Source of the DNA: an uncultured delta proteobacterium
GTDB lineage: Bacteria > Myxococcota_A > Polyangia > Polyangiales > Polyangiaceae
Reading direction: 5' to 3'
Length of the DNA: 64,000 nucleotides
Assembly (NCBI GenBank): GCA_963841435.1
Contig: CAWJCS010000003.1
Location: forward strand, 768,001-832,000
The notes beneath the pieces are model-generated. The model was not told the DNA's origin and did not search any database. It worked only from the letters and a program-made list of their open reading frames with translations. The position numbers were made by a program, and so were the translations under genes. Shown in pieces: positions 47,605-60,744 of this stretch. Every line of letters starts with the position of its first letter. Position 1 is the stretch's first letter.

Positions 47605-48900
47605 TCAGCCGGACCTGGTGGCCGCTTGCCGGAGCTTGCGGCGCACCGTCGAGCGATCGAGCTCGAGCACGCGCGCGGCCACGGCGTAGCTTTGCGCCGA
47701 GCGCTCGAAGACGCGCGTCACGTACCAGCCCTCGACGTCCGCGAGCGACGTGCGCCCGTCGCGCACGCGCGCCGGCACGTCGTCGGCCGTGGGCTCGCGC
47801 ACCGGGACCGTGGGCTCGGGCAGCAGGCCAGGGTCGAGGCCGAGCAACACGTTGCGCAAGCAATTCTGCAGCTCGCGCACGTTACCCGGCCAGGCATGCG
47901 CACGCGCCTCGCGGCTTTCGAGGAAGCTTCGCACTTGGCGCCACTCGGGAGCGCGCGGCTCGAGGTAGCGCTCGGCGAAACGCAAACCGATGGGCAGAAC
48001 GTCCTCGATGCGCTCGCGCAGCGCGGGCAACCGGATGACGTTGCCGGCAAGCCGCTCGTAGAGGTCCTCGCGGAATGCGCCACTCGCGACCATGGCGCGC
48101 AGGTCCTTGTGCGTGGCGGCGATGTAGCGCACGTCGGCGTCGTAGGTCGTGTCGGAGCCGAGCGGCGTCACGCGGTCCGTCTCCATGACGCGCAGGAGCT
48201 TGCTCTGCGCCGTCGGCGGCAAATCGCCCACTTCGTCCAGGAAAAGGCAGCCGGACGCCACGGAACGGATGTGCCCGACTCGCGCGGTGCTCGCCCCCGT
48301 GAAAGCGCCCCGCGCGTGGCCGAAGAGCTCGCTCTCGACGAGCGTCTCGGGAAAGGCCGCGATGTTGAGCGCGGCGAACGGCGCCTCGCCGCCGTCGGGC
48401 CCGCCGAGCGTGCCGAGCGCGATGGCGTGGGCGATCGCGTCCTTGCCCGCGCCCGTCTCGCCCGTGACGAGCACGTCGTGCTCGCGGATGACGCGTTCGA
48501 GCCGCCCCGTGACGAGCAGCGAAGCGCCAAAGCTGGCGCTCCAGGCCGCCGCGCGCGCCGCGCGTAGCGAGCTCGACACCCCAGCCAGAGCGCCGAGCGC
48601 CCGCTGCGCCCGCGCCGCCGCCGCGACGAGGCGCACGAGCTCGCGCCGCGGGCGTCCGAGCCGCGCGAGCAGGCGCTCCGGGACACGGGCTGGCGAGAGC
48701 GCGGTCGCCGGAGACTCACCCCGGACGACGGTGAGCGCGAGAGCGCGCGCGAGCGTCGAGCGCAGCAAGCTCGCGTCGTCGGCGCGGGCCCCCACCACCC
48801 CCTGGGACGCGAGCAGGCGCTCGGCGCTCTGCTGCCAGGCCCCGGGATCACCGACGAACGGATTCTCGAGCACGCGCGCGGCGGCGTCGGCCCTGGCCAT
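47605..48900 (-). CDS. Sigma54-dependent enhancer-binding activator (AAA+ with Fis-type HTH)
   Basis: GETGAGK, ESELFGHARGAFTGA, LFLDEVGDL, QSKLLRV, FREDLYERL, WPGNVRELQN, ARVLELDRSTVRRKL. Confidence 0.93.
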   Translation of the reverse strand: MARADAAARVLENPFVGDPGAWQQSAERLLASQGVVGARADDASLLRSTLARALALTVVRGESPATALSPARVPERLLARLGRPRRELVRLVAAAARAQRALGALAGVSSSLRAARAAAWSASFGASLLVTGRLERVIREHDVLVTGETGAGKDAIAHAIALGTLGGPDGGEAPFAALNIAAFPETLVESELFGHARGAFTGASTARVGHIRSVASGCLFLDEVGDLPPTAQSKLLRVMETDRVTPLGSDTTYDADVRYIAATHKDLRAMVASGAFREDLYERLAGNVIRLPALRERIEDVLPIGLRFAERYLEPRAPEWRQVRSFLESREARAHAWPGNVRELQNCLRNVLLGLDPGLLPEPTVPVREPTADDVPARVRDGRTSLADVEGWYVTRVFERSAQSYAVAARVLELDRSTVRRKLRQAATRSG

Positions 48901-48935
48901 GCTGTATTATACACCATCTGGTGTAATTTACAGCA
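48900..48935. promoter_or_regulatory. Inverted-repeat enhancer (two TGTA-N3-TACA sites) overlapping a TATAAT -10 for the activator gene
   Basis: TGCTGTATTATACACCA-TC-TGGTGTAATTTACAGCA; minus strand reads TATAAT-acagc-ATG. Confidence 0.7.
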
Positions 48936-48998
48936 CTAAGATACTCGAGAAAGGCCGAGCAGACAGCGTTCGCGCGATTCTCGGCCCGATCCGTGTGG

Positions 48999-49013
48999 GG
49001 CACGGAAGTTGAA
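48999..49013 (+). promoter_or_regulatory. Putative sigma54 promoter for the NfeD-like/flotillin operon
   Basis: GGCACGGAAGTTGAA (GGCAC, correct spacing, -12 variant TTGA), ~65 nt downstream of the enhancer-like site. Confidence 0.55.
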
Positions 49014-49025
49014 AGGGGGAGTCGC

Positions 49026-49742
49026 ATGGCCACGCTCCCCCTCGCCTACTGGCTGTTTCTGACCGCCCTCGGGCTGGGCTGCACGCTGGGCCTGGGCGCG
49101 CTGTTCGAAGGAGGCGGCACCGCTACGGACGCCGACTTGGACGGAGATGCCGATGTCGAGCTCGACGCGGACGCTCCGGACGCCGAGCTCGACGCGGATG
49201 CGGACGCGGACGGCGACGCGCACGGCACGGATGCGGACGGCTCGGTGCCCGTCGAGACGTTCTGGTCGGCGCTCGGCATCGGGCGGGTGCCAGTCGGCCT
49301 TTTGCTCTCGCTCGATCTCATGCTGTTCGGCGGGATCGGTCTCGTCGTGTCGGAGCTCGGCGGCGTGCTCTTGCCGGTGCCGGTCGCTTCGTGGCTCGCA
49401 TTCGGCGTCGCCGCCGTCGCGGGGCCGCTCTTCGGTGGGCGGCTCGCGCGCGCCATCGCGCGCCGGCTGCCCGGTGTGGAGTCGCACGGTGTCTCGCGCC
49501 TCGGGCTCGTCGGTCGCCTCGGGCACGCCGAGCTCGACATCGACGCGCGCTTCGGCCGGGCGAGGGTCATCGACGCGGGAGGCGCCGTGCACCTCGTGCG
49601 TTGCACCTCGAGCACCGGCGTCATCCCGCGCGGCCGCGAGCTCGTGATCACGGATTGCGACCCGAAGACGGGGATTTTCGAGGTCGTCTCGGCCGATCTC
49701 GAGCTCGGTCCGCCGCCGCAAAGGGCCAGCCGGGTCTCGTAG
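49026..49742 (+). CDS. YqiJ/NfeD-like membrane protein with Asp-rich loop and C-terminal OB-fold
   Basis: TM, DADLDGDADVELDADA.., LGIGRVP, two more TMs, LVGRLG..GRARVIDAGG; directly upstream of the flotillin gene. Confidence 0.82.
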   Translation: MATLPLAYWLFLTALGLGCTLGLGALFEGGGTATDADLDGDADVELDADAPDAELDADADADGDAHGTDADGSVPVETFWSALGIGRVPVGLLLSLDLMLFGGIGLVVSELGGVLLPVPVASWLAFGVAAVAGPLFGGRLARAIARRLPGVESHGVSRLGLVGRLGHAELDIDARFGRARVIDAGGAVHLVRCTSSTGVIPRGRELVITDCDPKTGIFEVVSADLELGPPPQRASRVS

Positions 49743-49810
49743 CGGCCCGGCCCTGCGCGTCCGCGTTGGACGCCCCAAAGCACTCTCGAACGAAAGAAGG
49801 AGAAGCAGTC

Positions 49811-51676
49811 ATGAAACTCACGGTCATGGTTCTATTCGGCATCCTGCTCACTCTGAGCCCCCAGGTCGCGCGCATGCTGGGCCACGATCCGGGCCTCGGC
49901 CCGAGTCTCGGCGCCACCATCGCGGGCGTCGTGCTGCTCTGCCTCTCGAGCGTGCTCGCGCTCTTCGCGCGGCTGTACCGGCGCACGCGGTCTTCCCAGG
50001 CCCTCGTGCGCACGGGCGCCGGCGGTGCACGCGTCGTGCGCGACGGCGGTGCACTCGTGATCCCCATCTTGCACGAGCTCGTGCCGGTGAGCTTGCAAAC
50101 CATCAAGCTCGAGGTCGAGCGCCGCGACGAGGACGCCCTCATCACGCTCGACAAACTCCGCGCCGACATCTCGGCGGAGTTCTTCGTGCGCGTGCAACCG
50201 GACGACGAAAGCATCCTGCAGGCCTCGCGCTCGCTCGGCGAGCGCATGGGCAACGCCGCCGCCGTCAAGGAGCTCATCGAGGACAAGCTCGTGAGCGCCC
50301 TTCGCACGGCCGCGGCGGGAAAGTCGCTCGAGCAGCTCAATTCCGAGCGCGACGCCTTCCTCGCCGAGGTCATCAAACTCGTCGCCGACGACCTTCAGTC
50401 GAACGGCCTCGTGCTCGAGACGGCCACGATCTCGCGTCTCGACCAGACGGACGAAAAGTTCCTGAAGGCCGAGAACATCTTCGACGCGCAGGGTCGCCGC
50501 AAGATCGCGGAGATCACGCAGCTGAATCTCACGGAGCGCAATCGCCTCGTGCGAGAAGGCGAGGAGGCGAGGAAGCGCCAGGACGTGAACGCGAAGAAGC
50601 TCGTGCTCGATCACGAGCTCTTCGAGCAGCGGGCGCACGCCGAGCAGCGGGCGCACGTCGCCGAGGTCGAGGCCGAGGCGCGGCGCGTGAGCGAGGAGCG
50701 GCGCATCGTCGCCGAGCGGCAGATCGAGCTGGCGAACCTCGAGAAGGCCGGCTCCGTGGAGCTCGCGCTCCGCGCGCAGCAGAAGAACGTCGAGGTCGCG
50801 GAGCGCCAGAAGCTCGAGGCCATCGCCGAGGCGGAGCAGCGCCACGCGCTCGCCGAGGCGGAGCTCGAGCTACGCCGCGCCGAGCTCGAGCGCGCTCACC
50901 AGCAGGTGGAGACGGTACGCGTTACGGAAGCCGCCGAACGCGACAAGCGGAAGCTGGTGATCGACGCGGAGGCGGCTGCCGAGCAAAAGTACGTCGCCGA
51001 CCAGCGCCGTGCGGATGCCGACGCCTACACCCGCGAGAGGCAAGCCCAAGCGCAGCATGCGGCCGCGAGCGCGGAAGCGTCGGCTTTGCGCACCAAGGCC
51101 GAGGCCGAAGCAGAAGCCGAGGCACGCCGGGCCGAGGGCGAGCGAGCACGGGCCATGGTGCCCGTCGAGGTCGAGCGGGCGAAGGTTGCCGTCGAGCGCG
51201 AGCGCGTCGACAACGTCGTCAAGGCGGAGCTCGAAGCGCGCGAGAGACACGGCAAGGTGGCGCAGGAGTTCGAGATCGCCAAGCTCCGTGTCGAGGCCGA
51301 GCGCGAGGTTCGTATCGCCATCGCGCACGCCTCGGCGACGCTCTTCACGAAGGTCCAGGCAAACCTCTACGGCACGCCCGAGGACGTTGCGAAGATCGGC
51401 CAGGCGTTCTTGCGCGGTCAGAGCGCGGCGCTCACGGCGAACGGCTTCTTCGAAGCCGCGTCGAGCGCAACGGACGGCGCGCTCGACAAGCTCGGACAGA
51501 GTGCCGACGGCCTGCTCACGGCGCTCGCCACGCGGCTTGCCGCACCCGGCGACCAACCGTCGTCGTCCGAGACCAAGACGGACGCCACGAGCGAGGCGCC
51601 CGCCGACGCCGAGGGCGCGCCGCTGCCGCCCAGCGCGGCAAACGGAGCGTCGGCAGAGGCGCCCGAGCACGGCTGA
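49811..51676 (+). CDS. Flotillin / SPFH-domain protein (YqiK-like)
   Basis: TMs, ALVRTGAGG, LITLDKLRAD, FFVRV, NGLVLET, NIFDAQG, long Ala/Glu coiled coil. Confidence 0.9.
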   Translation: MKLTVMVLFGILLTLSPQVARMLGHDPGLGPSLGATIAGVVLLCLSSVLALFARLYRRTRSSQALVRTGAGGARVVRDGGALVIPILHELVPVSLQTIKLEVERRDEDALITLDKLRADISAEFFVRVQPDDESILQASRSLGERMGNAAAVKELIEDKLVSALRTAAAGKSLEQLNSERDAFLAEVIKLVADDLQSNGLVLETATISRLDQTDEKFLKAENIFDAQGRRKIAEITQLNLTERNRLVREGEEARKRQDVNAKKLVLDHELFEQRAHAEQRAHVAEVEAEARRVSEERRIVAERQIELANLEKAGSVELALRAQQKNVEVAERQKLEAIAEAEQRHALAEAELELRRAELERAHQQVETVRVTEAAERDKRKLVIDAEAAAEQKYVADQRRADADAYTRERQAQAQHAAASAEASALRTKAEAEAEAEARRAEGERARAMVPVEVERAKVAVERERVDNVVKAELEARERHGKVAQEFEIAKLRVEAEREVRIAIAHASATLFTKVQANLYGTPEDVAKIGQAFLRGQSAALTANGFFEAASSATDGALDKLGQSADGLLTALATRLAAPGDQPSSSETKTDATSEAPADAEGAPLPPSAANGASAEAPEHG

Positions 51677-51701
51677 CCGGGCGAGAGTCAGCGTTCGCAT
51701 G

Positions 51702-51737
51702 GCCGGGAAAGCGGGACATCGTGCCCGCTTTCCCGGC
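51702..51737. terminator. Stem-loop between convergent genes
   Basis: GCCGGGAAAGCGGG-N8-CCCGCTTTCCCGGC, perfect 14-bp stem. Confidence 0.65.
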
Positions 51738-51790
51738 GTCGATCGCCCTCCTTTCCCGGAAGCGCGGGACAACGGCAACGAAGGCGCTCC

Positions 51791-52270
51791 TCAGCCCGGC
51801 GAGGGCCAAGTCACCGGGGATCGAAGCTCGGCAGCGACCGCCATGAGCGTGTTCATGCCCCAGTGCTCGACGTACCGTCCGCCCCGCACGCGCACGATGT
51901 CGATCACTTCGATACGCACGGGGCGCCCGGTCGGGGGAAGGTCGAAGAGCGGTCCGGCGTGCGTGCCCACGAGCGATTTTCGCGTCGTCACGAGGTCGCC
52001 CTCGGCGATCTGCTCGTGGATCTCGACCCGAAGGTCCGGGAACGCCGGGCGCAGCACGCCGCTCAGCATCGACCACATGCCCTCGGGTCCCTTCGGAACA
52101 CCGGGAGGGGCCGTGTGATTGACGAAGTCGGGCGCCATGAGCTCGCGAAAGGCGGTCTCGTCCCCGCGCTCGATGACGGCGCGATTGAACCTTAACACCA
52201 CGGCCCTGTTCGACTCGAGGTCCGGCGCGTCCACGGCCTCGACGTTACCACCGGCGCTCCGTCGAATCAT
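51791..52270 (-). CDS. SnoaL-like ester cyclase / NTF2-fold protein (start uncertain: 52270 or 52234)
   Basis: NRAVVLRF..APDFVNH..AFPDLRVEIHEQIAEGDLV..GTHAG..PPTGR..GRYVEHW. Confidence 0.85.
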   Translation of the reverse strand: MIRRSAGGNVEAVDAPDLESNRAVVLRFNRAVIERGDETAFRELMAPDFVNHTAPPGVPKGPEGMWSMLSGVLRPAFPDLRVEIHEQIAEGDLVTTRKSLVGTHAGPLFDLPPTGRPVRIEVIDIVRVRGGRYVEHWGMNTLMAVAAELRSPVTWPSPG

Positions 52271-52420
52271 CGGGTCACACGCGTCACGACGCACGATGGT
52301 CACGCGACTGTCTTCGACGCCGCAACTCCCGTCGTCGAACAAGCGTGCCTCGCACCATCCCGTCGGCGCGCGAAGGGCCCCGAGCGCTCGGGCGCTCGAG
52401 AACGCACCGTCTTTCGCAGC

Positions 52421-52657
52421 GCTACGGAGGACGAGCCCGGCCTGGTCGATTTTTTTTCGAGACGAAGCACACCGCCGAATCTTCAGTTCGCGAACCCGAC
52501 CGAGGTCAGCGAGATCAACACTGACCTTCACGAAATCCCAAGCTTCGTGTCCGAGGACGGCTGCCGGCTCTATTTCGATCGCGTGGAGATAGCCGAGTTC
52601 GGGTGGGGTCTCGGCCCCGAAAACGCGTTCGTCGCGGAGCGCACGCCCGGCGGGTGA
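52421..52657 (+). pseudogene. Startless C-terminal remnant of a PD40/TolB-like beta-propeller protein
   Basis: Hand translation ..QFANPTEVSEINTDLHEIPSFVSEDGCRLYFDR..AFVAERTPGG*; no upstream start or N-terminus. Confidence 0.55.
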
Positions 52658-52847
52658 GCGGGCGCGTGGGCGGGGCGCGCCTTGTGTGCCCGGGCCGGCC
52701 CGCGAGCTGATCCGGCGCAGGCGCGCGCTGACACCCCCGTCATTCCGCGTATTTCCCCGGCTTGCTTGCCAACCTCCCGGGATCGATGGCTAGACTGACG
52801 CCCGTGTCACCCACCCCCCTCGAGGGCGCGCTGAGAGGACCCGAGCG

Positions 52848-56489
<3,642 letters not shown>

Positions 56490-56532
56490 ATTCGATGCTT
56501 TCCTCCGCTCGTCCTTGCCCCGGTCGTCGCTC

Positions 56533-56751
56533 GATCGAGATCCGTTCTTCCAAGACCGCAAGGTCGTGTTGGGCGGGGCATTCGCGACGTCTCGTCTCGT
56601 TTCAGTCGTTCTTTGCGCCGTCGCGCGACCGTGTCGTTCGTCAACGAGAGTGCGCCCGTTCCGCCGGTTCTCGTGTTTGGGAAGCTCCCTCTCACGCGGA
56701 TCGAGATCTGTTCTTCCAAGACCGCAAGGTCGTGTTGGGCGGGGCATTCGC
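56533..56751 (+). repeat. Two 53-bp direct repeats (56533-56585, 56699-56751; one mismatch) in an intergenic region
   Basis: GATCGAGATCYGTTCTTCCAAGACCGCAAGGTCGTGTTGGGCGGGGCATTCGC read twice, 113-nt spacer. Confidence 0.92.
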
Positions 56752-56797
56752 CCCGCCGTTCTTTCCCAAGTTTCTCTGAAGTCTAAGGAGACCTCCG

Positions 56798-58708
56798 ATG
56801 ACCCAGCAGATGATTCCCAACGGCCCCACGAAGAAAAGCCTTCCCATCGTCGGTAAGACGCAGTCGCTCGATGTCGATGCGGAGCTTGCCGCGTTCGAAG
56901 CCGAAGAACGTGCGCGCCTCGGGCTCGCCGTCGAGGAGCAGTGGCTCGAGCAGATGGCAAACCTCTCCTTCACGAAGAAGGAAAAGGGGAAGATCACGCT
57001 GCTCATCGGCGGCCTGACCATGGCGCACGACTACCTGATCTCCGGCGCGTTCCGGAGTCTCGGCTACAACGTCGTGCCCCTCGACGCGCCGGACTACGAC
57101 GCGCTTCGCGTCGGCAAGGAGTTCGGAAACCGTGGGCAGTGCAACCCCACCTACTTCACCGTGGGAAACCTCGTGAAGTTCTTGCTTCACGTGCAGCAAA
57201 AGGAAGGGCTCACCGCCAAGCAGGTGATCGACCAGTACGTGTTCTTGACGGCCGGCGCCTGCGGCCCCTGCCGCTTCGGCATGTACGTCACCGAGTACCG
57301 AAAGGCGCTGCGTGACGCCGGCTTCGACGGCTTCCGCGTGATGCTGTTCCAGCAGCAGGGCGGCCTGAGCCAGGCGACGGGCGAGGAGAGCGGCCTCGAG
57401 CTCAACCCGAAGTTTTTCATCGGACTGCTCAAGGGTCTGGTCGCCGGCGATGTCATCAACGGCATCGCGTACCGCCTGCGCCCCTACGAGGTCGTCCCCG
57501 GTGCCACGGACAAGGCCATCGCCGAGGCGAAGAAGATTTGTTACGACGCGCTCTTCGAGCGGCGCAGCATCTTGCGTGCCCTCTACCAGTCGCGAAAAAT
57601 CTTCGAAAAGGTCGAAGTCGATCGCACGATCCCCAAGCCCAAGGTTGCCATCATCGGCGAGTTCTGGGCCATGACGACCGAGGGCGACGGCAACTACCAG
57701 CTCCAGCGCTTCCTCGAGCAGGAAGGCGCCGAGTGCGACATCCAGTTCGTCACGGCGTGGCTGCTCTACAACGTGTGGGAGGTGCGCTTCGACACGAAGA
57801 GCCGTGCGCTGCTCCGCCAGCACGACACGGGCAAGAACGGCCTCAACGGCATGGGCGAGTTCGGCGTCCTCAGCCGTCAGCTCGCGCTCTGGGCCGCCGA
57901 CAAGGCGATCCGCGTCGGGTTCCAGACCTTCGCCAACGTCGCAGGGTTTTACAACTACCACCTGGCCGACATGGACGAGGTGGCCGACGTGGCTGCGCCC
58001 TTCTACAACAACGATCTCCGCGGCGGCGAAGGCCACATGGAGGTCGGCAAGCTCATTTTGAACGTGGTCAAGAGCAAGGCCACGATGACACTCAGCGTGA
58101 AGCCGTTCGGTTGCATGCCGAGCTCGAGCGTGTCGGACGGCGTGCAGTCGCTCATCACCGAGCGCTACCCGGGCACCATCTACTGCGCGGTCGAGACCAG
58201 CGGCGACGGCGCCGTGAACTTCCAGAGCCGCGTGCAGATGTACCTCTTCAAGGCGCGCCAGGCGGCGACCGAAGACTTCGAGAGCGCTCTCGAGAAGACG
58301 GGCCTCACGGTCGAGAAGCTCCGCGCGTTCCTCGAGGCGAACCCGAAGTACGCGGCGGGCCTACACAAGTCCCCGCACTTCGCCGCGAGCACGCCGGCCG
58401 ACCTCGTGTACGAGGTCGCCGAGATCGTCAACACGACGCGCGCGCAGCGGCTCGCCAAGAAGGCCGAGAAGACGGCCCGCGCTGCCTACGCTTTCGCGAC
58501 GCGCGCCGCCAAGGACGCGCCGTCGAACGCCAAGTCCGCCGCCTCGCTCATCGCGGCGGGCGCCGTCGAGCTCGCCGAGATCGCCAAGGAAAAGGGCCCC
58601 GGCTTCGCCGAAAGCGCTGCCCAGAAGGCGCGCGCGAAGCTCGCCGAGGTGCTTCCTTTCGTGAAGAAGGAAGAGCCGCGCGAGCCGGTCGTCGCCGCGG
58701 CAGAGTAG
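56798..58708 (+). CDS. 2-hydroxyacyl-CoA dehydratase-related Fe-S partner protein
   Basis: AAGGAG RBS; GQCNPTYFTVG, GACGPCRFGMY, IIGEFW, GGEGHME, KPFGCMPSS; Ala/Lys-rich tail. Confidence 0.8.
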   Translation: MTQQMIPNGPTKKSLPIVGKTQSLDVDAELAAFEAEERARLGLAVEEQWLEQMANLSFTKKEKGKITLLIGGLTMAHDYLISGAFRSLGYNVVPLDAPDYDALRVGKEFGNRGQCNPTYFTVGNLVKFLLHVQQKEGLTAKQVIDQYVFLTAGACGPCRFGMYVTEYRKALRDAGFDGFRVMLFQQQGGLSQATGEESGLELNPKFFIGLLKGLVAGDVINGIAYRLRPYEVVPGATDKAIAEAKKICYDALFERRSILRALYQSRKIFEKVEVDRTIPKPKVAIIGEFWAMTTEGDGNYQLQRFLEQEGAECDIQFVTAWLLYNVWEVRFDTKSRALLRQHDTGKNGLNGMGEFGVLSRQLALWAADKAIRVGFQTFANVAGFYNYHLADMDEVADVAAPFYNNDLRGGEGHMEVGKLILNVVKSKATMTLSVKPFGCMPSSSVSDGVQSLITERYPGTIYCAVETSGDGAVNFQSRVQMYLFKARQAATEDFESALEKTGLTVEKLRAFLEANPKYAAGLHKSPHFAASTPADLVYEVAEIVNTTRAQRLAKKAEKTARAAYAFATRAAKDAPSNAKSAASLIAAGAVELAEIAKEKGPGFAESAAQKARAKLAEVLPFVKKEEPREPVVAAAE

Positions 58709-58733
58709 CTCGAAGCCCGGCGGATCCCGCAGG

Positions 58734-58770
58734 CGCCGCGCGCTGATCGTCTCGGCGATCACGCGCGGCG
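58734..58770. terminator. Stem-loop between convergent genes
   Basis: CGCCGCGCG-c-TGATCG..CGATCA-CGCGCGGCG. Confidence 0.55.
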
Positions 58771-58775
58771 TGCGC

Positions 58776-59684
58776 TCACGCCTGGGCGCTGTGCACGGAA
58801 AGCTGCTGCTCGCGCTCGCTCGAGCGGGCGCGGAGCTGGCGGGAGGCGCGCACCGCGTAGACGATGCCGACGATGACGAAGACGGGCGTCAAGACGAGCA
58901 GCACGCCGTTCGGCGCGTCGAGCAGCTTCAACGCGGAGAGCAGGAGGACGACGATCAGCGCGGGTCGGATCACATGGTCGGGAGCCCGCGACGAGAAATG
59001 CGCCCCGAGCAGCACGGCGGGGATGCTACCGACGAGGATCGACCCCGTGAGGCCGAGCGCGAAGTTGCCGAACAGGAGGTGCCCGATGGCGGCGCTCGTG
59101 ACGAGCGGTACCGCCTGAACGAGGTCGGTACCGACGAGCTCCGAGAGCCTGAGACGCGGGTACAGCATCAGGAGCAGGATGATCATCAGCGAGCCGGAGC
59201 CGACCGACGTGAGCCCGACGATCAGCCCTCCCGTGATGCCAATGAGCAGCGTGGGCAGCGGCTTGACCACGAACGGCAGCTGGCTCTCGCCCGGCAGCTT
59301 GCGCGCCGCGAGCAGTGGACGCACCACGAGACCGATCGAGACGATGAGGAGCACGGCACCGAGCGCGGTCTTCACGTGCGCCTGCAGGTTCGGTCCCACG
59401 CCGAGCTGCCTGAGCAGAAGGACCCCGAGAAACGCGGATGGAACCGATCCCAGGACCAGCCATTTGACGAGCCCCATGTTGACGGTCCCGCGACGCCAGT
59501 GAACGCCGCCACCGATGGGGCGCATGATCATCGATGCGACGATGTCACTGGAAACGGCGGTGAGAGGCTCGACGCCGAACAGGAGCACCAAAACCGGCGT
59601 CATCAGCGCACCGCCGCCCATGCCCGTCAGGCCGACGACGAAGCCAACGCAGGCCCCTGCGATGATCACCAGCGGATCGAGCAT
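58776..59684 (-). CDS. TauE/SafE family (sulfite exporter-like) permease, copy 1
   Basis: GLTGMGGGALMTP, AVSSD, GLTSVGSGSL, LVGTDLVQAVPL. Confidence 0.9.
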   Translation of the reverse strand: MLDPLVIIAGACVGFVVGLTGMGGGALMTPVLVLLFGVEPLTAVSSDIVASMIMRPIGGGVHWRRGTVNMGLVKWLVLGSVPSAFLGVLLLRQLGVGPNLQAHVKTALGAVLLIVSIGLVVRPLLAARKLPGESQLPFVVKPLPTLLIGITGGLIVGLTSVGSGSLMIILLLMLYPRLRLSELVGTDLVQAVPLVTSAAIGHLLFGNFALGLTGSILVGSIPAVLLGAHFSSRAPDHVIRPALIVVLLLSALKLLDAPNGVLLVLTPVFVIVGIVYAVRASRQLRARSSEREQQLSVHSAQA

Positions 59685-59823
59685 GCCAGAATGGTACCTC
59701 GACCCCGGCGACTTCCTGCTATCTCGATGGGATTAGCCGGGAAAAAATTCATCATCGCTGCTCGAATTGACCTGCAGGCCGAACGATGGGTTTGCGTCAA
59801 TCCAACCATGCTTCGACTTTCGA

Positions 59824-60744
59824 CTATTGCTGTCCGGCGGGAGCCGGAAGTGCGGGGTCCACGGCGGCGCCAAGGGCAAGGGCAAGGGCGCGATCGCGGC
59901 GACTTGAGCGCAGCGCGTGAGCGACTCCGATAGCCGCCGTGACGGGGACAAAAACGGCCATGACCGCGTTGCCGACGCCGAGCAGCTTGAGGGCAGAAGC
60001 GGCGAGCACGACGATCAGCGCGGGACGGATGACGTAGTCGGGCGCGCGCGACGAGAAGCGCGCGCCGAGGAACACGCCGGGGACGCTCCCGATGAGAATG
60101 GAGGCGGTGAGCGCGAGCTGGAAGTCGCCGAACAGCAGGTGACCGATCGCAGCGCTCGTCACGAGCGGCACGGCCTGCACGAGATCGGTGCCCACGAGCT
60201 CCGACAGCTTGAGCCTGGGATAGAGCATCAGGAGTAGGATGATCATCAGGGAGCCAGATCCGACGGACGTGAGGCCGACGACGAGGCCGCCTGCCACGCC
60301 AACGAGCAGCGTCGCGAGCGGCCTCACGACGAACGGCGTCTGACTCTCGCGGGCGATCTTTCGGGAGGCGAGCAGCGGGCGCAAAACCAGCCCCACCGCG
60401 ACGACGAGCAACGCCACGCCGAGCGCTGTCTTGACGTGGAGCTGCAAGTCCGCGCCGACGCCGAGCTCCTTCAAGATGAGCACACCGAGGAACGCGGACG
60501 GGACCGAGCCGAGCGCGAGCCACTTGACGATGCCGAGATTGACCGTGCCGCGCCGCCAATGAACCCCGCCGCCGATCGGTTTCATCACCATCGACGCGAC
60601 GATGTCGCTCGAGACGGCGGCGAGCGGCGGGATCCCGAACAGCAGCACGAGGACCGGCGTCATGAGCGCGCCGCCGCCCATACCCGTTAGGCCGACGACG
60701 AAGCCGACGAACAAACCGGCGAGCGTGACGAGTGGATCGAGCAT
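59824..60744 (-). CDS. TauE/SafE family permease, copy 2
   Basis: Same motifs as copy 1, collinear over the full length. Confidence 0.9.
   Translation of the reverse strand: MLDPLVTLAGLFVGFVVGLTGMGGGALMTPVLVLLFGIPPLAAVSSDIVASMVMKPIGGGVHWRRGTVNLGIVKWLALGSVPSAFLGVLILKELGVGADLQLHVKTALGVALLVVAVGLVLRPLLASRKIARESQTPFVVRPLATLLVGVAGGLVVGLTSVGSGSLMIILLLMLYPRLKLSELVGTDLVQAVPLVTSAAIGHLLFGDFQLALTASILIGSVPGVFLGARFSSRAPDYVIRPALIVVLAASALKLLGVGNAVMAVFVPVTAAIGVAHALRSSRRDRALALALGAAVDPALPAPAGQQ

Noticed and set aside
56533-56751. CRISPR array or group II intron end
   Set aside because: Only two repeats, 53 bp long with a 113-nt spacer and no cas genes; no domain V consensus or reverse transcriptase.
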